Source: a virus. Taken from it: DNA of 64,000 bases. Both the position numbers and the translations under genes were made by a program. The notes under the pieces were generated by a model, which was given only the letters and a program-made list of their open reading frames with translations, was not told the origin of the DNA and searched no databases. Positions 8,524-18,151 of this stretch are shown here, in pieces. The first letter of the stretch is position 1, and each line of letters opens with the position of its first letter. Where the stretch lies: positions 8,440 to 72,439 of IMG/VR virus record IMGVR_UViG_3300046007_007028; one strand, given 5' to 3'.

Positions 8524-9026
8524 GGCTTTTGATTTTCAAAATCATCAATGTCGTTGTCCCTTGCTTGCTCGAAAGAAACCAAAACGCTTTTGGCCTCCAG
8601 CTTCTTTTTGCCCATAGCAGCCCGTTCGTCCGTACCGCCTTTCCAGAATATCTCGTGCGAAACGCAATAAGACCCGCCTTCGCCACGAATCAAATCCAGG
8701 CCCTTTAACCGACGCAAACTCCGGCTAATCTGCTCCTTGGTCATAACCAAGTCCTCCATCATCTTCTTGCGCTTTAAAGCCGTCAAATCAACCTCGCCGG
8801 TATTCATTTGAGCCCAGCTACACATCTTAGCCAGCACCTTAAAATCATCGGCATACCGAATCTCATAAAACGGGCCCATAAACTGAATGAACGTCATAAA
8901 AAACTCATCGGTCCTCACCGGAATGCTATACCGCTTCCGGGTAACCACCTCCCTGACCTCACCCGTAAGACGGTCGGTATCCGTCACCGTTTCCTCATTA
9001 ACCAGCTTTATTCTTGTTCTTGGCAT
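8520..9026 (-). CDS. RepL-like wHTH protein
   Basis: D.LTGEV N-terminus, ISRSLRRLKGLDLI, Y.VS.EIFWKG; TATCTTTG box at 9047-9054. Confidence 0.7.
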   Translation of the reverse strand: MPRTRIKLVNEETVTDTDRLTGEVREVVTRKRYSIPVRTDEFFMTFIQFMGPFYEIRYADDFKVLAKMCSWAQMNTGEVDLTALKRKKMMEDLVMTKEQISRSLRRLKGLDLIRGEGGSYCVSHEIFWKGGTDERAAMGKKKLEAKSVLVSFEQARDNDIDDFENQKP

Positions 9027-9093
9027 CTGTTGACTAAATAATGCAACAAAGATAATAAATCCGGAAACAAGTTGTACCGAAAATGTCAACCTG

Positions 9094-9152
9094 TTGCAAT
9101 AGAGCGCAAGCGGGATGCGTTCTAATGCAAAACACTCGGTATCCTATTGCAA
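9094..9152. repeat. Three 22-bp-spaced imperfect repeats (TTGCAWTAG...)
   Basis: ttgcaatagagcgca (9094) and reverse copies at 9116 and 9138, upstream of RepL-like gene. Confidence 0.55.
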
Positions 9153-9349
9153 TTGTAACACTACATACACCATTGAAAATCAATCATGTAACCATTGTTA
9201 CACCTCTTATCTTGTAGTATACACTTTTTATCACGCTACCATGTCATGAACTACCTGCATTTTCTCTTGGTTTTTACCCTCTTTTCGACCCATACCCCCC
9301 CCATCAAACCACCTACAAAACAAATCCATTTCAAGCCCGGTGGGGTGGC

Positions 9350-10130
9350 TAAACACATAGGACAGACAGCCGGGACAGAAAAGACAGGGTTCGGGTGGCC
9401 AAAAAGACGGAGATGCAGGTTTGGGGGTTAAACAGGGAGGATGGTTGAAAACAGCAACGTTTGAGTACAGAGGCGATTGGCCGAGACTAAGGGGAAGGGT
9501 TGATCGGTGAGATTGACCGGAGAGACGATTGGCAGAGAATGCGGCAGTAAAGACGGGCCAGAAAGAGACGTTACAGGATTGGGATTAGATGCAGAGTGGA
9601 TTGATAGATGGGCATGGCCGAGAAAAGAACGGGACAGATAAGACAGGGGATTATGACCGGAGAGACGATTGGTTACTCCCCCTCCACCCCGGCCTCTTCC
9701 CTCACCACAAAACCGAAACCATTTCGACCCGGTACCCTCGAAAATCCATCGCAAACCGGACCGCAACCAGCAAGAAACCCGATTGAGACAACGCAATACG
9801 GGAAACAGAAACCAAACCTAAGCTATCCCTTCGCGTGCTTTACGTGGCGTTTGTGTTTGTTGTGCTTCGCGTTGTGGCGTTGTGGGAAACCAAGTCAGGA
9901 CCGAAGCAAGGGAACCGGAACCGGAACCGAAACCGAAACCCGGAACCCGGAACCGGAACCCATGCGGAAGATGTGTACCAGGTAAAGCATACCAATTCAG
10001 TCAGGGCAGAACATACCAATTCAGGGAAACCGGACCGAAGCAAGGGAAACCATACCAATTTAGACCAAACCCGCAGACCAATTTCGCGCAAAATCTCAGG
10101 ACCGAAGACGGGAAAAGGTGCTTGGAAAGG
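9350..10130. repeat. Non-coding repeat-rich region, candidate genome terminus/packaging region
   Basis: GACCGGAGAGACGATTGG x2, (GGAACC/GAAACC)n 9911-9960, CATACCAATT x3, GGACCGAAG x3; strong strand skew. Confidence 0.65.
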
Positions 10131-10331
10131 TCAGGATTGAGGGGGAAACGGGAAGGTTTGGAGGGGAGGAAACCCACCTTCCTTTCGCCCAATTTCACCC
10201 TCAAAACGCCTAACCTCTTCATTTTCACCCCTATTTCTTTGGTCCTTCGATTCGCGTCAATCAACCCTCAAAACGCTTGTTTGGTCGAATGAATAGCGAA
10301 TATTTGCTTTTTTTGTACTTTAAATTGCGTT

Positions 10332-10514
10332 ATGGAAAATCAAATCAAAGCAAAGAAGGGGAGAAAAAAACTTCCGGAAGGGGAGCGAAAAGTTCCGATT
10401 CGCATATACGTTTGTGAAAAAGATGTAAAAGATTTCGGCGGGGAACTCGCTGTAATGGAGCAACTTATAAATTATTTTAATTTCTTGCTAAAAAAACGCT
10501 TGGAAATTAAATAA
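10332..10514 (+). CDS. Small basic DNA-binding-like protein
   Basis: KKGRKKLPEGERKVPIRIYV (GR.K/RHH-like pattern). Confidence 0.65.
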   Translation: MENQIKAKKGRKKLPEGERKVPIRIYVCEKDVKDFGGELAVMEQLINYFNFLLKKRLEIK

Positions 10515-10521
10515 TTCATTC

Positions 10522-10529
10522 TACATTTG
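10522..10529 (+). promoter_or_regulatory. Early promoter -7 box TACATTTG
   Basis: Consensus box with TTG at about -33, heading the early operon. Confidence 0.65.
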
Positions 10530-10572
10530 TCCTAACAATTCAACGGAAGCCCACGGAACGGGCAAAATAACC

Positions 10573-10869
10573 ATGTTTACAGAACCAGCCTTATTAGTAT
10601 CAGATGCACACGGTGTATTTATGATGCAATTATTGATTGACGAAAATAAGAAGTCCAATTCCTTATTTTTCCGTCAATTGTCTGAAAAATTATCTTCTGA
10701 GGACCTTGCCATTTTATTGGAAGGTCCGGATAATAAGTTTCATTTCGAGGTTTGTGACGACGTTTGCAGCCTGACGTTTACGGAAGAGGACGGACAAGAA
10801 TATTTTCTCAGTTATGAGGAAGGTGGAATTTTCGCTATTCCTTCAGGTTATGAATTTGAAAACAACTAA
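10573..10869 (+). CDS. Acidic early protein
   Basis: 98 aa, D/E-rich. Confidence 0.75.
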   Translation: MFTEPALLVSDAHGVFMMQLLIDENKKSNSLFFRQLSEKLSSEDLAILLEGPDNKFHFEVCDDVCSLTFTEEDGQEYFLSYEEGGIFAIPSGYEFENN

Positions 10870-10898
10870 CGCTGCCCGCGTCAAAGGCAAAAAAAAGT

Positions 10899-11177
10899 AT
10901 GTCAAAAAAAGCATTCCTTCATTTCGGCGGTTCTTTTGTCGGAACTCCCAACGGACCATTTTTCACAACGGAAACAGATTTTATTGAGGCTCCGCTTTGG
11001 TGGCACAAACAAGGCTTATCCTTTACCAAATCAGGCTATGGTTCGCGCATTCCCATGCCTTACAAGGTCCGCATGGGAAACAGATTTCACCGTGTTTATT
11101 GCTGTATTTATGGCAATTCAGGTACCTGCTTTATTGAGCAAAAAAGAAAGCCTGTTGCAACGGTTGATATTTATTAA
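10899..11177 (+). CDS. Phage early hypothetical protein
   Basis: SGYGSRIP..YKV...RVY...YGNSGT motif. Confidence 0.75.
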   Translation: MSKKAFLHFGGSFVGTPNGPFFTTETDFIEAPLWWHKQGLSFTKSGYGSRIPMPYKVRMGNRFHRVYCCIYGNSGTCFIEQKRKPVATVDIY

Positions 11178-11197
11178 AATCTTAATTCAAAAACAGT

Positions 11198-11638
11198 ATG
11201 AAAACAGTAAATGCAATCAATTCAGTTTCTGAAATTCAGGAGCTTGAAAAAATGGGAGTTGAAATAGAGTTCACTCCAGAAAATGAAGATATTTCTCCCT
11301 TTGGTCAGTTCGATGACGACGAAACGGCGCAAAAGATTTGTGACAAATACGAAAGGGGTAATGAGGCTGCATGGTTTTGTGCAAAAGTTTCCGTAAGGTT
11401 TCGCGGTTTTGAGGGGACCAATTATTTAGGTTGCTGTTCTTACAAGTCCTTCAAAGAGTTTTGCAGCGATGAATCCGGATATTATGTTGATATGGTTAAT
11501 CAGTGTATTTCCCAAGTCAATACAGAAATTCAGGCCCGCAATTATGAAACCCAAAAGGCTTGGGACATTCGCCGGGCTGTAAATTTGATTCAGTCTTACG
11601 GATATGAAATTTTCCAATCAATCAGAAAAACAGCATGA
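11198..11638 (+). CDS. Hypothetical early protein
   Basis: 146 aa, WFCAKV...YLGCCSY. Confidence 0.75.
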   Translation: MKTVNAINSVSEIQELEKMGVEIEFTPENEDISPFGQFDDDETAQKICDKYERGNEAAWFCAKVSVRFRGFEGTNYLGCCSYKSFKEFCSDESGYYVDMVNQCISQVNTEIQARNYETQKAWDIRRAVNLIQSYGYEIFQSIRKTA

Positions 11639-11768
11639 AACCCACAACATACCAAACCATCTCAATCCCCGGCTACCTTTTCCCTGTAAGGGTTGAGGTA
11701 GTTATGGGAGCCGGATTTATTGCCTACCGTAGGGCAGGAAGGGAGATTTTTAGGGAAACCATTAAACC

Positions 11769-12011
11769 ATGCGACAAATGAAAACAATCGACAAAATACT
11801 TTGCGAAGTATCAACAAAATATGGGGCGCCAATGGGACGCCCAAATGTAAACCCCACAACGCCGCAAGGCCACAAAACAATATTTGACTGTCGCGTAGTA
11901 TTGGACCGCGGAGGTTATGACAAGGGCGGGGCATATTGGGGCATTGGCAAGGAATTGCGGGTTAGTTACACAAAGGACCTTTCGTACATAAATTTTTATC
12001 GCAGACCATGA
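11769..12011 (+). CDS. Phage early hypothetical protein
   Basis: YGAPMGR...GGYDKGGAYWG motif. Confidence 0.75.
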   Translation: MRQMKTIDKILCEVSTKYGAPMGRPNVNPTTPQGHKTIFDCRVVLDRGGYDKGGAYWGIGKELRVSYTKDLSYINFYRRP

Positions 12012-12202
12012 AAACACCTCAAATATTAGCACTCAAAAAACAAGCTCAAGAACAACGGGAAAGGCTGCCCTCATACCATCCATGGCAGAAACTAAGCGAA
12101 AGCGCGTTGATTTCTGAGCTTATGTATCTGGAAAACCAAAGGATAAAGGCCGAAAGGGAGAAAATGGAAAGCGACAAATCTCACTTTTATTTCAATGATT
12201 AA
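12008..12202 (+). CDS. Hypothetical protein
   Basis: ATGA-coupled 64-aa ORF. Confidence 0.6.
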   Translation: MKTPQILALKKQAQEQRERLPSYHPWQKLSESALISELMYLENQRIKAEREKMESDKSHFYFND

Positions 12203-12516
12203 CCCCATAAAACCCTTACCCATTGCCCGAATCCTGTTTGCCCTATCCTTTTGTTTCCTGATTTTAAGCCTTCATTTCTTAATGATCGGGTCAAAGGTTT
12301 GGGGGTATGGATTGATTTTTCCAGCGTTTACTCACATGATCGGGGCCCTTTATTTATTCAGGAAACACAAATAAAAATCCCCTCCCTTGCCCCTGAAATA
12401 TGGGGGCCGCGTATCGGATACGGGGGAGGTGGGCAAAGACTTAATCCCTGAAAGGTCGATAAATGTAGAGGGGGAAAAAACCCGTCCTAAGCCCGGACGC
12501 AAAACAGGGGAATTTT

Positions 12517-12924
12517 ATGAACATAGTTGAAATGTTGGTTTCATTCGTAAACCAAAGGCCCGGATTAGATTTTGAAAATTATGGGGACATATCTGCGTAC
12601 CGGAAAGAAAGCCGCGAAATAACGGCGGATAAACACGATTTCTTTGAATTGCTTTCACTTGCCCAACGCAGGATTGACAATTTCCCGGCAAAGCTGGAAA
12701 CCTACCTGACAAACACCGATGGAAGGCTTCAGTATTGCACCGGACAATATTTCCCGACTGAATATCGGCCCGCGGCAAATGGCGTCCTCAAATCGTTTAT
12801 TTGGAACTCATACCGGGACGAAAAGCACCCGGACGGGACATCCGTTTATACTACGGGTCCGGAAATCCGCAAGGCTATCAAACGGAATCTTTCTACAAGG
12901 GTTGGGAAATTGTATTTTAATTGA
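12517..12924 (+). CDS. Hypothetical early protein
   Basis: RPGLDFENYG...YCTGQYFPTEYR. Confidence 0.75.
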   Translation: MNIVEMLVSFVNQRPGLDFENYGDISAYRKESREITADKHDFFELLSLAQRRIDNFPAKLETYLTNTDGRLQYCTGQYFPTEYRPAANGVLKSFIWNSYRDEKHPDGTSVYTTGPEIRKAIKRNLSTRVGKLYFN

Positions 12925-13169
12925 TTACTGAAATGGAACGCGAAATAATCAACGGAATGAAAAGAGGCATCCAATACTCGCACTATGTTGGAGGCTATTT
13001 ATTAGAAATACAAAACTCGCTATTTCTTGCACTTGATCCAGAACTTTCCAAATATATGGAAGGGGAAGAGGGGAAAAATGAATATTGGGCCAAACGTGCC
13101 ACCGATATGGTAACACAATTACGCGATAAAATTGCGGAATTGGATAAGCTCAACAAAATGGATTATTAA
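12921..13169 (+). CDS. Hypothetical protein
   Basis: Coupled ORF, TTG or nearby ATG start. Confidence 0.6.
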   Translation: MITEMEREIINGMKRGIQYSHYVGGYLLEIQNSLFLALDPELSKYMEGEEGKNEYWAKRATDMVTQLRDKIAELDKLNKMDY

Positions 13170-13182
13170 CTGATTGTAAGCC

Positions 13183-13557
13183 ATGAAAATTGATTTTTCA
13201 ACTATTGCATACGTCCGGCATTCGCTTGCCGGACCTGTTTCAAACCTTCGCGGATTTGCCAAAGACGTAAACGACTATCTAAGCGAAACGCACCCCGCAA
13301 TTTTGGCGGAGAAAACAAATCCCAAAGGGCTTTTTACTATCGGGCACAAATTAGAGTGTTTGGTACGCGATGCGGACAATATAATAAGCGAAATCGACCG
13401 CATTCGCGATGCGGCAACGCCGGAGGCTTATGAAATAATCCGCGCCCTTGTGGATGAACTGAACAGGCAAATAGAGAACACCCCGACGGCAAGAGAACGA
13501 ACGGCCCCGGCAATTTTAGACAAAGCAGAATCTTTTTTAACCAACTGGAATCCATGA
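13183..13557 (+). CDS. Hypothetical protein
   Basis: 124-aa ORF in operon. Confidence 0.7.
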   Translation: MKIDFSTIAYVRHSLAGPVSNLRGFAKDVNDYLSETHPAILAEKTNPKGLFTIGHKLECLVRDADNIISEIDRIRDAATPEAYEIIRALVDELNRQIENTPTARERTAPAILDKAESFLTNWNP

Positions 13558-13775
13558 CAATCTATCAAATTAAGCACGCAACCCGGCATACAGCACCGGA
13601 ATATTTTACCCGTAGAACCATGCGTTTTTTCGGGCAAACATTAAAGGATTTTTCAGTCCGAAAACAGGCTGATGGACGTTTTAGAATTGCGGCCCCTATG
13701 CGAAACTTTGAAGGCAAGAAAATAGGGGTTAGTGTTCGGTTTTTTAATCCTGAGAACAACAAATTAGAGGCATAA
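13554..13775 (+). CDS. Phage early hypothetical protein
   Basis: YFTRRTMRFFG motif. Confidence 0.7.
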   Translation: MTIYQIKHATRHTAPEYFTRRTMRFFGQTLKDFSVRKQADGRFRIAAPMRNFEGKKIGVSVRFFNPENNKLEA

Positions 13776-13780
13776 AAACA

Positions 13781-13830
13781 TCCCCTGCCTGCCTTTCGGG
13801 GGCTGCGGTCGAACCGGGGCAGGGGAACCA
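13781..13830 (+). other. tRNA-like mini three-way junction ending in ACCA
   Basis: 10-bp closing stem, T-loop-like cgg-tcgaa-ccg arm, 3' ACCA. Confidence 0.5.
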
Positions 13831-13852
13831 ATTTTTAAAACAAACAAACAGT

Positions 13853-14470
13853 ATGCAGACAAAACAATTTAATGGGCTTATTCAAATTGTAACAGGTCGG
13901 GACCTGACAATTAAAACCAATGATTTGGAATTGGAATTTGAAAAAGAATATTATGTTTTCAGGAAGCTACCCATAACAGGGAGAACGGTTTCTTTTTACT
14001 GGAAAACGCCCAAATCCGACGAAAAAATGCTACGGTCTTTTATTACGGCTTTTTGTTCCAAATACCGGGAACCGAACCCTGCAAAATATGGCCCTTGCAG
14101 CATTTACACCGAGGCAAAAACATGGGACCAAAAAACAGAAGAAGAAAGGGAGCATTGCTATATGCACCACAGTACCAATATGTACTCCAAAGAAAGACTA
14201 TTGGAACAAGTGCAAGCCAATTTCAATAGCCCCGAAATTACAGACGGGCTTATTAAGTACGGGTTCTACCCGACCGAATACGGGGTAGGTATTTTTGTAG
14301 TCTTTGAAACCGACTATGTAAAAAGGGCGGTCAATGCAATGTATAATTTTCTCAAAAAGAAAGGCATACCATTTTCAAACGAATACTCCGACGCCCGGTG
14401 GGTATTCAGGTTTAAACTCAACCTTACAAAACAAGTGCATCAAAACCTTTTAACGGGCTTTGTAGCTTAA
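13853..14470 (+). CDS. Hypothetical protein
   Basis: 205-aa ORF with A-rich start. Confidence 0.8.
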   Translation: MQTKQFNGLIQIVTGRDLTIKTNDLELEFEKEYYVFRKLPITGRTVSFYWKTPKSDEKMLRSFITAFCSKYREPNPAKYGPCSIYTEAKTWDQKTEEEREHCYMHHSTNMYSKERLLEQVQANFNSPEITDGLIKYGFYPTEYGVGIFVVFETDYVKRAVNAMYNFLKKKGIPFSNEYSDARWVFRFKLNLTKQVHQNLLTGFVA

Positions 14471-14564
14471 TCCACCCTTCCCGCATTGCCTGAAATGATA
14501 CACGGCAATAGCAACCCTTTAAACATCGGAACAGGGGCGGGAACCAAACCAAAATGCGGCCACC

Positions 14565-14789
14565 GTGTCAGAGTGGCAAGGGAAAATGACACAAAAGGAA
14601 AAACAAAGATGCCGGGATCAATTCGACCAAGTGAACGACTTTTACCGGATTAACCACAGGGAGCCACGTTTAGACGGGCCGCCCATTGAAAAGATGTTGT
14701 ATTTCAGACTTGAGGCATTCCGGAAAAATCCGGCATTTGCGCAAGCCGCAAGCGATGAATTTCAGCTATTGATTGACGTAAACAAGTAA
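14565..14789 (+). CDS. Hypothetical protein
   Basis: ORF in operon; start uncertain. Confidence 0.55.
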   Translation: MSEWQGKMTQKEKQRCRDQFDQVNDFYRINHREPRLDGPPIEKMLYFRLEAFRKNPAFAQAASDEFQLLIDVNK

Positions 14790-14793
14790 CAAA

Positions 14794-15021
14794 ATGCAAA
14801 CCTTATCCACCCGCTTTGCCACCCTGGCCGCAGCGCAGCAAATGGGATACTTTCCCAATTTCGACACACAATTTTTTGATTCCTTCAAAAAGGTTCCGAA
14901 AAAATACGTTCGGACCACATCCGAACAAACAGCCTTGAAAATGGCCGACCGCCTTGGCAAACCAACGGCGGCAAAGAAAGAGGGGCAGAATATTTTTATC
15001 ATTTGGACAAAAAACAATTAA
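14794..15021 (+). CDS. Hypothetical protein
   Basis: 75 aa. Confidence 0.65.
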   Translation: MQTLSTRFATLAAAQQMGYFPNFDTQFFDSFKKVPKKYVRTTSEQTALKMADRLGKPTAAKKEGQNIFIIWTKNN

Positions 15022-15025
15022 AACC

Positions 15026-15487
15026 ATGCACGCCAAAAAATATTTCATCCGCGAAAAACCCGTAGCAATCCTGCCGGCCTTCAGCGGAAAATGGGGCACG
15101 TATGCCAAAGTAGAGCGGGGCCTGAATTTGAGTGAGAAAAAGCTGGAAGAAAGGGGGTATGTCCTCAAATACCTGACCCCGGAGGAAGCGCAAGGCTACT
15201 ATCAGAGGGTGAACGCTGAACTCCACGAACAACGGGCCATGGAATTATTGGACAGGGCCGAACAAGTGGCCTTGTGTTTGACCTGCCCGCCTGTGCCAAT
15301 ATTTGATGGGATTGCCAAATTGAAAGGCGAACCCATGCGGGATGCTTACCATGGATGTGGTAAGGGGACGGCCTACATACAGGATGGTTTTGTGGTGGCC
15401 TTTCATTACGGATATGCAAGGCCGGAGAATGCACCGGGGGAAGGGTGTAAGGTGATGTTATCAGGGAATGAGATTGTTTTTGTATGA
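15026..15487 (+). CDS. Hypothetical protein
   Basis: Start at MHAKKYF. Confidence 0.7.
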   Translation: MHAKKYFIREKPVAILPAFSGKWGTYAKVERGLNLSEKKLEERGYVLKYLTPEEAQGYYQRVNAELHEQRAMELLDRAEQVALCLTCPPVPIFDGIAKLKGEPMRDAYHGCGKGTAYIQDGFVVAFHYGYARPENAPGEGCKVMLSGNEIVFV

Positions 15488-15768
15488 GAACGACAATACA
15501 CGACAACGGGCAGGAATTTACCTTCCCCAATGGCTTTGAAAGCTGGCACGAAACGCATTACCAAATTTCCGCAGCAATACATTCCAGACAACAAAGCCAC
15601 CCTATTTCCGGCCTTGTGCATGATACGCAAAAAGGGATGGGACTTGCCGGACTTCCGGCCCTTGCCGTCCATTTAACAAATGAATTTGAGCAAGCGAATG
15701 AGGGGCGTGAATGGGACGGGGAATATTTTGAAGCAATCGAAACTTTTGTTGACTCTAAAAACTTATGA
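15484..15768 (+). CDS. Hypothetical protein
   Basis: FPNGFESWHETHY...WDGEYFE. Confidence 0.7.
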   Translation: MRTTIHDNGQEFTFPNGFESWHETHYQISAAIHSRQQSHPISGLVHDTQKGMGLAGLPALAVHLTNEFEQANEGREWDGEYFEAIETFVDSKNL

Positions 15769-16061
15769 AAACAAATTTCACACCGGGACCTTGGATTTAT
15801 CAACAAGGCCACTCCCCAGCATTTCAGGGCCATGTTTGGTCTGAAGAAACGGGTAAATACATAGCCGTAACGCATGAAGACGAAGGCGGACACAACGCCG
15901 CCTTAATCGCCGCCGCCCCTGTTATGTACGAACAGCTTGTAAAAGCCCTTGAATGGCTGGACGCCCTCGAATCGGGGGTAAGTATGCCTGAGATGCGACG
16001 GGCCTCAATACAGGCATTTTTGCAAGAAATACGGGGGACCTTAAACAAGGTTGGATCATGA
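15765..16061 (+). CDS. TPGPW-motif phage protein
   Basis: FTPGPW...NAALIAAAP.MYE.L. Confidence 0.75.
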   Translation: MKTNFTPGPWIYQQGHSPAFQGHVWSEETGKYIAVTHEDEGGHNAALIAAAPVMYEQLVKALEWLDALESGVSMPEMRRASIQAFLQEIRGTLNKVGS

Positions 16062-16303
16062 GAATCACCCTAACCATCCAAACCTGCGACCGTCCCCGCT
16101 TTGATGCGGCGGTAAAGGTGGCATTGAAGGGCTCCAGTCCTTTGATTGATTGGGGCAAGCCTTTGGGCAACGCTTCTGGATTTGCTCCGGTGCATATTGT
16201 GTGTGATGGGTACACGGAGGGGGAATTGGGTTTTAAAATTGGGCAGGAGTATGGCAAACATTTTTTCAAATTCAAACAAATAAAACAATGGGATACAATT
16301 TAG
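16058..16303 (+). CDS. Hypothetical protein
   Basis: Coupled ORF. Confidence 0.6.
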   Translation: MRITLTIQTCDRPRFDAAVKVALKGSSPLIDWGKPLGNASGFAPVHIVCDGYTEGELGFKIGQEYGKHFFKFKQIKQWDTI

Positions 16304-16764
16304 CAATCGGTCAACTAAAGACCACAATCGAATCAGAAGGACTCCATACAAGAATTGTTAATGATGTCGAGCCGATGCGATTAGACGAAGCACCTGCGTA
16401 CGGAGAACCTACCGATGGGACCAACCAAAGATGGCCGTCATATACCGTATGGCGCAACGCAATGGATTTTATCGGTCTTTCTGATCTTATGTACAACAAT
16501 GAACACGGTCTTTTAAGGAGTCATCCCGGATGCTTTCCATTAACAAAAGCACACAAAAAAGCGATTGACGAAGCACGCAAAAATTTTTACAAGAAATATC
16601 CAAACTGCAAGCCCGGATACGAACCCGGAAAGGATATTTTCTTAACCGATCCGGACCCAAGTTGGCCGATTCAAAACAGTTATGCCACACGATTAGAATG
16701 GCTTAAATTCTGGGTTGATTGGGCCTTAAAAAATTGCTCACAGCCTGTTTTTTATAATTCGTAG
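16288..16764 (+). CDS. Hypothetical protein
   Basis: N.RWPSY...HPGCFPL...RLEWL.FW.DWAL. Confidence 0.75.
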   Translation: MGYNLAIGQLKTTIESEGLHTRIVNDVEPMRLDEAPAYGEPTDGTNQRWPSYTVWRNAMDFIGLSDLMYNNEHGLLRSHPGCFPLTKAHKKAIDEARKNFYKKYPNCKPGYEPGKDIFLTDPDPSWPIQNSYATRLEWLKFWVDWALKNCSQPVFYNS

Positions 16765-16769
16765 CATTT

Positions 16770-16952
16770 ATGACCACCACCCTCCTTCCACCTCGCACCC
16801 TCCGCCAACTAATGGCCGGGGATTTGCTCGCACAACCTGATTATCTGAATACCTTGCACCTCATCCAGATCATTTTGGACAAGAAAAACACGGATTCCGT
16901 CGTAAAATGGACGGCAGCCAAGATATTGGGGGATAGATTGCAGGAGAATTAA
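16770..16952 (+). CDS. Hypothetical protein
   Basis: 60 aa. Confidence 0.55.
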   Translation: MTTTLLPPRTLRQLMAGDLLAQPDYLNTLHLIQIILDKKNTDSVVKWTAAKILGDRLQEN

Positions 16953-16953
16953 C

Positions 16954-17244
16954 ATGGATATGGGTATGAAATCATCTTACATGGGCACGGCAATGTTTAT
17001 GGCTTTGTTGGCCACTCAGGACAATTTTGGCAGCCTACCAGAAATTGACGACCACGAATCCGACGAGGACCGAATAGAACGGCTGGAAAGGGACGCTCGG
17101 CATAAGAAACGGATACTTGCCCAACAAGAGGCCGACCGCAACAAAGCCAAAGGGCTGCGCCAATTCTTCTACGGGCCAAATAGCCTTTGGGCCCTGAATC
17201 AAAAGTCGGCAGACAAAAAGGCAAAAAGGAATAACTGGATTTAA
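16954..17244 (+). CDS. Hypothetical protein
   Basis: 96 aa, WALN.KSA..KA. Confidence 0.65.
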   Translation: MDMGMKSSYMGTAMFMALLATQDNFGSLPEIDDHESDEDRIERLERDARHKKRILAQQEADRNKAKGLRQFFYGPNSLWALNQKSADKKAKRNNWI

Positions 17245-17259
17245 TCAACAAAAACAAAA

Positions 17260-17646
17260 ATGAAAACAGTAAAACAATGGCTTGAGCAGCTTCCGGACGG
17301 ATACCGGGAGAGGGCGTTGGAGAATTTGGTCCAAGACGGGAGGGAGAAAAACTCTGTCGGGCTTATATATTTGGCAATCCACAGGGCTTTTACATGGCAG
17401 GAAACAAAAGAGGGTTTTAGTTTTTGGGCCGCGGTGTACTCCCACTATGCAGCCAAAAGCGTGCCTCTCCCGCAACTTGCCCCACTCCCACCGCCACCAT
17501 CAAAACCCCTCCCCTACCGCCTTATCCTTGCCATGTTGGGGGTACTGGTTGCGGCTGCCGGCTTCTTTATGGACCTCCAGTATTTCGTCGGCTTCGGGAC
17601 CGCCATCGTATCATTTGCCATATTTTTTAAAATTGAGAAAGCATGA
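17260..17646 (+). CDS. Membrane protein, 2 C-terminal TM helices
   Basis: AFTWQETKEG.SFW motif plus hydrophobic tail. Confidence 0.7.
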   Translation: MKTVKQWLEQLPDGYRERALENLVQDGREKNSVGLIYLAIHRAFTWQETKEGFSFWAAVYSHYAAKSVPLPQLAPLPPPPSKPLPYRLILAMLGVLVAAAGFFMDLQYFVGFGTAIVSFAIFFKIEKA

Positions 17647-17837
17647 AAACCCCTAAAGAAATCAAACCTCACCCCGTAGCCATCGGGCTGTTTTTTGTGG
17701 CGGTGGCCCTTTTGATTGGTGGCTGGATTGCGGCCATATACACACCCCTTGAATCCAGATTGCCACACGCTTTGTCATATACCGGGATTGCGGTCATGGG
17801 CCTATGTCTACTCATTTTAATCTTTCAGAAATCATGA
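17643..17837 (+). CDS. Small 2-TM membrane protein
   Basis: Two hydrophobic segments. Confidence 0.65.
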   Translation: MKTPKEIKPHPVAIGLFFVAVALLIGGWIAAIYTPLESRLPHALSYTGIAVMGLCLLILIFQKS

Positions 17838-18151
17838 TGCCACACCATATCATAACGGCCTGCCACGTGCTGGCTCAAACGGGGGTAAGATCCCGGCTTT
17901 TAATTCACTCCTTCCAGAAGGAGGTGATTGTTGAGATGCTCGATGCCTTTGGTGGGACGCTGGAGGTGACGGCCTACGGGCTCAAGTATTCGCAAGATGT
18001 CAAAGACATGGTGCAGGTAGAGGCGTTTGTCCCCATGTCAGAGGTCAAACAAAACGAACAGATTGCCGCATGGGGTTGTTCCTTGAATTTTTACAGCCCG
18101 ATGCAAGAGGGGCCGAAACCAGAATGGAGGGATGGGATATTGATATTATGA
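17834..18151 (+). CDS. Hypothetical protein
   Basis: Coupled start MMPHH. Confidence 0.65.
   Translation: MMPHHIITACHVLAQTGVRSRLLIHSFQKEVIVEMLDAFGGTLEVTAYGLKYSQDVKDMVQVEAFVPMSEVKQNEQIAAWGCSLNFYSPMQEGPKPEWRDGILIL

Noticed and set aside
9988-10063. CRISPR-like mini-array of CATACCAATT repeats
   Set aside because: Repeats only 13 bp, spacing irregular (24, 39), no cas genes
9195-10292. Several ORFs with NR/PE dipeptide repeats
   Set aside because: Translations of DNA hexamer repeats in a likely non-coding region
13781-13830. True tRNA gene
   Set aside because: Only 50 nt with no anticodon and D arms; kept as a tRNA-like element. No canonical tRNA recognised in the window
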